Shown here piece after piece: positions 53,501 through 64,000 of a stretch of 64,000 bases of DNA (positions within the stretch are counted from its first letter, which is position 1; every line of letters begins with the position of its first letter). The DNA comes from Lytechinus pictus (lineage: Eukaryota): NCBI RefSeq assembly GCF_037042905.1, contig NC_087245.1:1240001-1304000 (forward strand), in the 5' to 3' direction. The translations under genes and the position numbers were made by a program. Under the pieces are notes generated by a model. The model ran no database searches and had not been told where the DNA came from. It saw only the letters and a list, made by a program, of their open reading frames with translations.

Positions 53501-55074
53501 TTAAGCTTGATTTACCCCTTTCCAAACTTAGAGTGTATTACCGAATGAAATACCTCCCAAACATAATAATTTCAGTTTACCCTGGCCTTTTCTATTCTAA
53601 AATTGTGATATATCTGACAGTACAACTGAGAACTTGACCGAAAGAGACTTTTTTTGCCAAATCATGGAATGATAATGATTCCCATAATGATTACGAGTTG
53701 AGAAAGGATTTAGTTGTTTACATTTAACCAGTTTCCAAATATTAGCTATAAAGATTACTTCTTCGTCACGGAATTGTTCGCTCAAATTAAACCATTTTCT
53801 TACATTATTTTGTAACTGCCACAAAAGGCGTCGCTGAGAGGGGAACAACTAATCCTTGAAAATGCATCTTCTTGAGGATCGCTTTTCTGGGCATGGACGA
53901 TTGACGAAATTCGTTGAAATTTCGATGTCTATAATAAAAGTGGCGATTATGGGCCGTTTCTTATGTATAAGTTTGTATAAGATAAGAGCATTTTACAGCA
54001 AAAAGGACAGGTTTTGATCGTTCCCCTAGAGAAAGGTTTGGGACATGATTCATCGCAAAAATGACAAAGTTTTATCACGAAATTATTAGTGTCTTGCAAA
54101 TATGCCTTTATTGCCAAGGCAACAGGATGAGAACATCGAGCGCAAGAGAGAGAGAGAGGGGGGGGGGGTTGGTGGGGAGAAAGATCATGGGTCACATGAC
54201 CCTCGATCTCAGAATTCCGCTGAATATTGGCTTGTCTATATACCCGGCACTATAACCTTTACGGAGAGAACGGTGGTTATATCATGGAGTTATTATGGAA
54301 CCCTAGGTCCATGTTTTAATTTAATTAAATGTTATACTTTTCAAGAAGCCTTTTTATTTATGTTTTGTTTAGTGCATGCCCCAATTTCATTCATTTGATT
54401 CAACTCTCTTGTCATAACTATGTGCCAACGTTTATTACTTCTGTTTGTTTTGTTCTGTTGAAATACTTCACCTTTTAATGATTTCTTGCTTTGCTTGAAT
54501 ACAATTTTTGTTCATATTGTGTTTTCCAATGAATTTGGAAATAAACACTTAAATTGAATTGAATTGACTTAAATTAAATTGAATATGAACACGTCTCTAC
54601 ACAGAACTGATTTTATTACAAAACCATTAAGCTTATTATATATAAAGTACTTTCAATTTGAGAAACAAAGGTGTAGTGGGGGTATGGAAATCAGATAATA
54701 TTCAGTACATATTCTCTGTTTGTCTAACTTTGATGGATATAAAGGTCTATTTCCACAGTGTTTCCACAGACAACATATCCATTAATTTAGCAAAAGCAAG
54801 ACAAGTGTATAATAATAATATAACTCAAGAACATAATTATTTTGTGAGTAAAAAAAAAATTGACACCTCACAAGTCCCTAATTAAAGAACAAAATGTGAC
54901 ATAAGCACATTATTATGACCGGAAAGAGTATCCTAAACCAAATTCTTTGATACCATAATGTGAATTAACTTCACGCTTGGATAATCATAATTATTTGCAG
55001 TGATGTAAATGTTGATTTGCGCCAAATTGAGGCATGAATCCAGAAGTCAATGATGTCATATTATTGTTCTCATA

Positions 55075-55223
55075 TTATATTCATTATTATTATCATCATC
55101 AGATCAACATCATCACCATCATCATCATTATTATCATCATCATCAACGTCATCATTATTATCATCATCATCATTATCATCATTATCATCATCATCATCAT
55201 CATCATCATCATTATCATCATTA

Positions 55224-55261
<38 letters not shown>

Positions 55262-55900
55262 TAGTACTTAGCTGTAGTAGTAGTAGTAGTAGTAGTTATT
55301 TTTTATTTATTAAAATATCTTTATACAGGATAACAGGCTCAGATTGACTGTTTTTCAGCCTGGTCCTGTTAACATGAAATAACAATATATACATAATAGA
55401 TAAAAGAGTAACTTGGGTTCTGTACAGTAATGAGTGAATTCAATAACATTTAAAATCAGAATTATCACTAATACAAAATTGTTCAAAGATATAATACACT
55501 ACCAGTCACAATTCCCAGACTCACCACTACCTGCCTCAGCAAGAGAACAATAGAATCAGTGGACCAAATCCATTGCTCTCCGGCCGAAACAGGCAATCCC
55601 GACAGGCAATAGTGATTCAAAGAATGGTGACTGGTACTGTATTAATTTTTTTGAATTGATTAAATGGGGAAACTATCCTGTAGAGTGTAGACAATACAAT
55701 AACTGTGAAATATAAATTAAGATGTATGATATCATTGACATAAATACAAAATTCAACAAAGTTTATGAAGGAAATTAAGAATATAATTATGATTGAGCAT
55801 ATCATACTAGACTGAAGTATAAAATTTTATAAAATTAAAAGTAGTAGTAGTAGTAGTAGTAGGTATAGGTTTAAGTAGTATAGTAGTAGTAGTTGTATTA

Positions 55901-55964
<64 letters not shown>

Positions 55965-56010
55965 TAGTAGTATAGTAGTAGAAGTAGTAGTAGTATACAG
56001 TATAGTAGTA
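55075..56010. repeat. (ATC)n/(GTA)n microsatellite split by a ~540-bp minus-strand LINE 3' fragment (~55298-55840)
   Basis: GTA repeats on both sides; the insert begins with a (TTTA)n-type tail. Confidence 0.7.
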
Positions 56011-56049
56011 TCACCATTCTTATTATAATAATCATTTAATTTTACTTAC

Positions 56050-56351
56050 GTGAGGAGCTTTGGATCTACTTTCATCGGTGGGGAATTCTTTTTCTGTTTT
56101 GAACTTTCATTCTGTATCTTCTCCAAGAGTTCTTCATTGGGCTCCTTAGGCATGTCTTGACCAGTGTCTTTCTTGACCTTAATACTGGTCATACGACAGA
56201 GGTTGAAAGGTTCAAACCATACTTGGGTATCTTCATCAAGGAAACTAAGACATTTGGCTAAGACAGTTGATCCAGTGCGAGGGAGACACCATAATATCAA
56301 TCTCCTTGGCCTTCCCTGCATCACATTATTGCTATTTATTGATGAAGTCAT
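56050..56351 (-). CDS. Sulfotransferase-like P-loop protein, coding exon 1
   Basis: RLILWCLPRTGST (PAPS-binding-loop-like) and WFEPF; AC|GTAAGT donor in phase with exon 2. Start ATG uncertain (56405, 56351 or the downstream MQGR ATG). Confidence 0.85.
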
Positions 56352-56541
56352 GTTGTCCTTCACCGAGTCGAACCAGTACAACTGTTTCCAGAAAAGCTTA
56401 TGCATTAGACCGATGCCTTCAAGTTTAGTGGTTCAACAACGATAGTACAGTCAGAGCATATCGAGATTAGGCATCAGAGCGTGAATTGTGTCTTATCGAT
56501 CGACCAATAATAAGCGTTTCAAACCAGGGACGTGCGTGTTA

Positions 56542-56690
56542 TACCTCGGTCACATTTGCTCTACGGCGGCCGTACGGCGAGTCGAAAACAGCCGTTTTAT
56601 TCATTTATATTCAAACCACCTGTAAAACTGTTAAAACGACTGTTTTCGACTCGCCGTACGGCGCGCCGTAGAACAAATGTGACCGAGGTA
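56542..56690. mobile_element. PIF/Harbinger (Tourist)-like palindromic MITE
   Basis: ~50-bp near-perfect TIRs TACCTCGGTCACATTTG...; TTA at 56539-56541 and 56691-56693. Confidence 0.85.
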
Positions 56691-57251
56691 TTAGGATGGA
56701 TAGGAACTTTATTTGGCTACAGTTTCCAGGGGCGTAGCTCCGGGTGGCCCCCACATCTGGTGTACCCCCCCTGAAAGAAATATTCTGCTGGATAAAGAAA
56801 ATGGTAGGGCCTTAGTTACATAGCATCATTTACATTTTTTTACTTCTAATTTCTCTGACAATGAGAACACAGATTTGAAACGGAAATATCATAACAATCA
56901 CTATACCTATATATCATGCTTTATCACACATAGGCGGATCCAGGGGGTCGAGGGGCCCAGCCCCCCCCCCCCTCTATTGGCGGAGCAACAAAAAAAGGGG
57001 AAATAATTAAGAAAAAAAGGGGAGAGAGAGAGGAGGAAAAGGAGGAGGAAAATGAGAGGAGGAAGACGAGTGAATGAAATAAGGTGAGGGGAAGACTTGC
57101 CCCCCCCCCAAAAAAAAAAAAAAAAAAAAATCTTTCATGTCAGTACATAAAAGTTTCGCTCGCGCTTCGCGATCGTATATCTTGTTCGATGATACATATC
57201 TTGTTTATAGGCTGATATGGACCTTAAAATGATCAAGTTTTGAAGTCAATA

Positions 57252-59568
57252 CAGGGGCGGATCCAGCCTTCGCCAATAGGGGGGGGGGGCCGGATTTTTT
57301 TCAGTCATATTTTCCCCGATCGGCCGCTCGAAGATGATTTTTGGTTTCTTTGAAGGGGTATTCCTAATAGTCACTTCTTAGCTTTATTCTTATGAATAAA
57401 CATTAATATATAATATCCTTATTTATATAATGCGAGCGCGAAGCGCGAGCAAATTTTTTTGGGAAATCTTATGTATTTTTTCCTAAAATTTTGAACATTC
57501 TTGGCAATGTTTGTTATCCTGAAAAAGATGTGTATGCAAATGAATAAATACTACGAACGTGAAGCGCGAGCAGAAATGAACTGATGGAAAAGATACATGT
57601 TAAAAACTGCTTGCAGTTAGCCATGAAGACGTTACATATTTTAAAAATCAAATAATGCGAGCGCAAAGCGCGAGCTGAAATTTGTTGACATTTTTACCTA
57701 AGGAATGGAAATTCTAAGCACTTTTTGTAACTCAAAAGAATAGATATATAATAAACAAATTGATGCGAGCGCGAAATTTCGAGATTTAGACCTACTAAAC
57801 GAGACACTCTATTCAAGTTTTGTAAATCATGAAAAGGATGAGAAAGTGGGGATTTTCCTTACATTAATAATGCGAGCGCAGAGCGCGAGCAGAAATTTTT
57901 TATATAGGTTTTGAACTCATTATCGAAAAGGTACCTGTTAAGGACTGCTATTGCACTCAGTCTTGAAGACGTTACATATTTCAACAATCAAATAATGCGA
58001 GCGCGAACCGCGAGCTGAAAAATTTTCACATTTCCACATAAAGAATGTAAAATTTAAATCAATTTTTGTAATCGTGAACAGGATAGGTATATAATTAAAC
58101 CAGTTATTGATGCGAGCGCAAAGCGCGAGTTGAAAAAAAGTCGAGATTTAGACCTAAAAACGGGACACTCTATTCATGTTTTGTAAATCATGAAAAGAAT
58201 GAGTAATTGGAAATCTTCCTATATACATTAATATTGCGAGCGCAAAGCGCGAGCAGAAATTTTTAATATACATTTTGATCTAATAAAAAAATGATCTATT
58301 AACGGCTGCTTGCAGTTAGCCCTGAAGACGTTACATATTTCAACAACATATTTCAAATAATGCGAGCGCGAAGCGCGAGCTGAAAATTTTGACATTTCTA
58401 CCTGAAGGATAAGTATGTAACTAAACAATTGATGCGAGCGCATTGCGCGAGCGGAAAAATTCGAGATTTACACCTAAAAATGGGACACTATATAATCATG
58501 TTTTGTAAATCATGAAAAGGATGAGTAATTGGAAATCTTCCTACATTAATATTGCGAGCGCAAAGCGCGAGCAGAACATTTTTGATATTGTGAAATGAAA
58601 CTGGATAATGATTTAAACAGAGAACAGGCTGCATATCTGAATAAACATGCGCGCTCGTCTTTCAGATTTAGACCTAGAATCTGAGTGGGCGTTCTAAATA
58701 CCTTTTTTATCATGAAAATCGATAAAGTGAGCGCGAAGCGCGAGCTTAAAATATTTGATATTCCGATCTGAAAAGGGTTAATTTAAGCTCTGTATTTCAA
58801 GCACTTTGTAGGAAAATTGTAAGGTGGATATGGATCACATTTAAAAAAGAGCTTATATGTTTCATTATTATTACTTTGAGTTTTGACATATAGGACCAGG
58901 ACATTCCAAGAACATTATGTCATTATATGAAAATGATGACTATATCTTCTTATTTCTCTTTCTAAGCGCGAGATGAAACTTGTCAATATTCCATTCTGAA
59001 AAAGGGACAATTTGATTATCAAATTAATATCTTATTTATTAATGTAATAAGCCTAATATGAGAGCGCGAAATAACTGGACATTTAAAGCACTTTTGTTTT
59101 TATGAAAAAGATGCATGATTTGATATATTTTCAACAATCAATGCGAGCGCAAATCGCGAGCCGAATTTTTTATATTCAGACCATAAAACAGAAAGTTTTA
59201 CACAGCACTTTTAAAAATAAATTTGTAAATCAAACAAAATAATGAAAGTTCGATTTCCGAGTTGAAATACGTTTTCTATGTTGACTTCAAATTTTGATAT
59301 TTAAAGCTCCAAATTGATATGTAAATCACCTAAAAGGCAATGCGAGCGCGAAGCGCGAGCGAAAATTTTTCATAGTGACATGAAAGATTTAAAAAATTAT
59401 TTTCCTAGTCTTCCCCTCATCTTATTTTATTCAGTTGTCTTCCTCTCCTTGTGTTTCCCTTTCTTTTTTCTCCTTTCTTTTCCCTTCTTTTTCTTTTTTT
59501 CTTCCTTTCCCCCTTTTTTCTTTTTTTTTGCTCCGCTAATAGGGGGGCCCCCCCTGGATCCGCCTATG
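57252..59568 (+). mobile_element. Inner 2.3-kb non-autonomous TIR element carrying a satellite-like array
   Basis: CAGGGGCGGATCCAG...CTGGATCCGCCTATG; CAATA at 57247-57251 and 59569-59573; more than a dozen ATGCGAGCGCGAAGCGCGAGC motifs at ~100-bp spacing. Confidence 0.85.
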
Positions 59569-60004
59569 CAATATACAAAACATAATTCAGCTCGGACATC
59601 GAACAAATTTACAATTTATAAAAAAAAATCCTCTGTAATAAGTTTGTTTTGTTGTCCAAATATCAAATTTTCAGCTCACGCTGCGCGTTCGTATTATCAT
59701 TTGCCAAATTCCTATTGTCTTCGTGTATTCCATAAATTTTTCATATCCCTTTTCAGGTGTGATTGTCAAATCAGCGGCGCTGAGCGCTCGTAATTTGATT
59801 GGTGAATAATGTATACCTCTATAGTAATTTTATAACAAACTTTTCAAAATTCCCTTCAGTTTCAAAAATTTCAACTCGCGATTTGCGATCGCATTAATTG
59901 TTCAAATTATTTATTAACCCATGCATTCTATTCATAATCACAAAAGTGCTTAAAATGTCCAGTTTTCATCAGGCCTTAATCACAATATTCACAATATTCA
60001 CAAT

Positions 60005-60925
60005 ATTTCCATGATGGCATCCAGAGGAATAGGAATTTTGTTTAGATTAAAATATTATCTCTCCAAAAAATCATTATTTATGCTTTATAATTCGTTCGTT
60101 TTATCCCACTTATCTTACTGCAACTTAGTATGGGGGTATAGTAGTAAGGTAAAAATAGAAACGATTTTCCGTCTCCAAAAGAAAGCACTCCGCATATGTA
60201 CTCATTCACATTTCATTGCACATACTGATCCAATATTTCACAACTTAAAGACATTGAAAATTGAAGATATTAACATTTATCAAACCGCCATATTTATGTT
60301 TAAATTTTCATCCAATATTATCCCGATTCCATTTCGCAATTTTTTTGTTTACAACAAAGACATTCACAAATATTCAACACGACATTCAACAGATCTTCAC
60401 TTAACCAACCCAAGAATATTACTCGCTCATAAGACGATACGCCACCATGGCCCAGATATTTGGAATGCATTGCCACATGATCTTAAACAATGTACATCTC
60501 TCTATTCGTTTAAAGCTTCGTTGAAAAAATTTCTTATATCTAAATATACCTAATTTGATTCACCTGCACTCACCCACATGCACACACTTGCAATTCTTTT
60601 TACCATTTTTTTCTACCAATATATATATATTTTTAAATCTTATATTTCGTGACGATCAATTTATCAAATATGATTTATGATGGTTTTCATGTAGCCCCCT
60701 CTCCTGGCTGCTATTGCTTCAAGCACCTTTGTGCTTATAATAGCTGGCCCCTGTATTTTACCGAACTATATCACATGCTTAGGTATGATTTAATTATCAG
60801 TCTTTTCTGTATTATTTACAATGTATCTCTTTAATTGTCACATTTAAATTGTATTCATTCAATTATGTGAACATGTTAATTTATTATTGATTTATGAATA
60901 AAATGCAGAAACACCTGCAAAAAAA
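60005..60925 (+). mobile_element. 5'-truncated CR1/L2-type LINE (ORF2 C-terminus 60011-60553 plus 3' UTR)
   Basis: LYNSFVLSHLSYCNLVWG, RLQKKALRI, HTDPIF, GPDIWNALP, SFKASLK; AATAAA and A-rich end. Confidence 0.88.
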
Positions 60926-63900
60926 AACAAATTTCGCGCTCTCATTAGGTTTATTTCATCAATAAATAAGATGATTACATTTTCATGAATTTCTTATAAT
61001 CAAATCGTCTTTTTTCAGAAGGGATATCGACAAGCATTATCACGCGATTAGGAAGAGTCCATGGGAAGAGGAATATGAAGATAGTCATCATTTTCACATG
61101 ATGACAAAATGTCCTTAGAATGTTCCGGTCCTAGGTCAAAAAGTATAGTAAAAATATCAGCTCGCACTTTGCGTTCGCGTCATTTATTAAGTGCGATTCA
61201 TATCCACTTCACAGTTTTCCTACACAGTGCTTGAATTACTTTTCAGATCGGAATTCCAAATATTTTGAGCTCGCGCTTTGCGCTCGCATTGTTGATTTTC
61301 ATGATAATTTTGTTTTAGAATGCCATGATAAATCTCGCGCACGCATGTTTATTGTTCCCAATTTTAGATCAGAATATAAAACTGCTCGCACTTCGAGCTC
61401 GTATTATTAATGTAGGAACATACCCAAATTACCAATCCTTTTCATGATTTATAAAACATGAGTGTCCCGCTTTTTTTCCCGCTCGCGCTTCGTGCTCGCA
61501 TTGTTTAGTTATATACCTATCCTGTTCATTATAGCAAAAAACAATTGCTTAGAATGATTTTTTTTTAGGTCGGGATGTCAAAAATTTTCAGATCGCGCTT
61601 CGCGCTCACATTATTTGATTGTTCAAATATGTATTGTATTCATGGCTGACTGCAAACAGTCCTTAACTGGTTCCTTTTCGATCAGACCAGAACGTATATG
61701 AGAAATTACATAGCTACATACACATCTTGTTCAGGATCACAAACATAGCCAAGAATGTTTAATTTTCAGGTAAAAAATACATGAAATTTCAAAAAAATAA
61801 ATAAATAAATAGCTCGCACTGTATATAGGGCTCATGAGATTATGCTGTTTTATATAGCTAAGACGTGGATGTTAGGACTATGGGCCCCTCCAAAGAACCA
61901 AACAAAACCCAACTTTGAGCCGCCAATCGGGGATGTGTAAAAATGCCCCCCCCCCCCCCCCCCCATTGGCGAATAAGCTGGATCTGCCCATGCGAGTATG
62001 AGTCATGTTCATGATGTTCGTCCGAAAAGTATTGGGAATGATAACACAGGCCATTGATCCTCCCACTTCACACATATTGGGAGGGGTAATGAGCATGAGA
62101 GTATCCCCCCCCCCACAGCCTTAACAGCTAACTTTGTTTTGGACTTTGATCAGACTACAAATCTTAGACTTGTATTATTTCAGTCTTGCCTCAATTTCTG
62201 ATATGAATAATAACTAAAATTAATAACCATTTATGCTAATGAGCCAAGTGTGGATAAAATACGCCCCTCCCCACCCCCACCCATGCCCTCGATATCACTG
62301 CCCAATGCATCCCCAAGACGCCCGCCAAGATTAGTCTGCTATGCAGACTTTGAAGGGCTCGTGAGGCGAAGCGCTGCGAGCGAAGCGATCCATTTCAGCT
62401 ACAGTAAAACTAGTCTGCTATGCAGAATCGTTAAATCAGCTTTGGTACACACACTGCAGATGTGGGTCTAAATTTTGTAGACTACGCCAAGATCACGAGC
62501 GAGATCGAGAGTGCGCGCGAGCTCGGTGGCCTTTTGTACCGGTACCGTACCGGTCCCGGGTACCTTATATACCGGGTACTATTTATATTTGCTCCGACCT
62601 TTATTTTACCACCGCAAGTTTCGCTCACGTCGATCAGGATCACGTCGCTTCGAAATCTTGCATGGTGTTTTGAATTATTTGACTTGGACAATTTAGTTTT
62701 CAAAGACTCAGTACCGATATGTAACGTACCGTACCGTACATCATATTTTGAAACGGAATCGCCATGAGCAGCAGGGGGAGCTACAGTCAGAAAAAGGTGA
62801 GGACTTTCTCATTTCCCCCCAAACACATTACGGTACCGTACCGCCAGTACAAACCTCGCCAGCAGTTCCGGGGCGCGCGGCGGCCAGGGCCGGGTCGGGC
62901 CGCGAAATTATTTTTCCCACTGGAGTTCCGGACCCCAATGAATATTCATAACCAGTACTACAGTAGAGAGGCGCACAGCTAATATGGGAGACTCTCTAAA
63001 GGAGACAATCTCCCATATTGGAGACTTGCTTTGCAAAATAACAAAAGAAACAACATCAACAGACAACAAAATCATGTTAGGGTGTCTGGAGAAAAAAATT
63101 ATTTTTCTTATTTCAAGAAAATATCACATTTTCTTTGTGAATTTGAAGAGAAATTACCTTCAGACTGACAGAAATGTAACATTTTTGAAAAAAATCCAAT
63201 TATTGGCTGCAAAAAAGAAGAATGAAATTAGGTAAATTTTCAGCATTTCTCTGCCATAGACTGTGTAGTTAAGAAATGGACACACACAAATCCAAATTTT
63301 TAGCTTCCGAGAGCTGTTATAAATTTATTATTAATGCCAAAAACTTGTCCATAAAGAGTCCAATAGGATTTTTTATGCTCTATCTGATGGTATGATTTTT
63401 ATAAAGATTTGGAAACCAGATCACAATGAAAAATTGCGACAAAGTGAAAAAAATTGTGCAAAACAGAAATTTCATTTTCCCATAGAAAACGCATGGAGAA
63501 ATGGCAATTTCAACACACACAAAAATAAGGGTTTGCAATTTATCTCTAAATCCTTATTTAAAATGATCATATAAACTTGTCCTTACTGTCAAAAGAAGCC
63601 CCTGAATTTTCTCTTTCCATACATGCCAAACACAAGTTAATAATCTATTCAGATCACATTTTTCTAGTAGCCTGAACTTCCCCGAAAAAATGTGCCATAT
63701 TTTCCCCTAAATTAGCCTGTTTTATGCTGACACTTTTCAGTGTGGCTTCAGACACTTTTTTCCACCCAAAATTTTGCCCCATGGGCATGGTATTTTAATG
63801 TTGCATGAGCCTGGGCCTGGGGTCGGACTCGAAGTAGCCAGGCCAGGGCCACTCACACTAGTACGAGGTTAGTATATATATATACTAACCGAACCGTGTT

Positions 63901-64000
63901 TGACCCTTGATTTCGAAGTAGTCTGCAAACATCGCTTCATTGCTGAAGTAATATTTGCCGAAACTCCTTCTCGCTACTCACCGGGGCTCTTTCCGGTAAG

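Larger units (their letters stand above)
56929..61992 (-). mobile_element. Outer, older GGCGGATCC-TIR element with internal ~100-bp tandem units
   Basis: CATAGGCGGATCCAG...CTGGATCTGCCCATG; repeated GCTCGCGCTTCGCGCTCGC; no clear TSD, so it may be a composite of more than one copy. Confidence 0.6.

Noticed and set aside
57420..59370. CRISPR-like periodic motif with spacers
   Set aside because: Spacers are homologous to each other, repeats are degenerate, there are no cas genes, and the context is a eukaryotic TIR element.

Overview
AT-rich, intron-containing animal genomic DNA. The repeat landscape and gene content suggest an invertebrate deuterostome such as a sea urchin, but that is inference. 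Two spliced host genes can be reconstructed by hand. The first is a 3-exon class-B-type 7TM receptor (+, 12540-22640, ~842 aa) with signal peptide, somatomedin-B-like domain and Cys-rich ectodomain. The second is a 2-exon P-loop sulfotransferase-like gene (-, 45738-56351). Almost everything else is mobile DNA: decayed CR1/L2-type LINEs, a 5'-truncated Penelope-like element (GIY-YIG), a solo LTR, tRNA-derived SINEs, DINE-1/Helentron-like elements, many MITEs (TTAA, TA, TTA, 5-bp and 8-bp target duplications, often nested) and micro/minisatellites. The most notable unannotated signal is a non-coding insertion at 37066-37878 built from near-identical 302-nt monomers, with a minimal type-I hammerhead ribozyme at the monomer junction and a 13-bp target-site duplication (retrozyme-like). 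A second, variant hammerhead lies at the 3' end of the Penelope-like element (8120-8158). All calls were made by eye, with no searches run.
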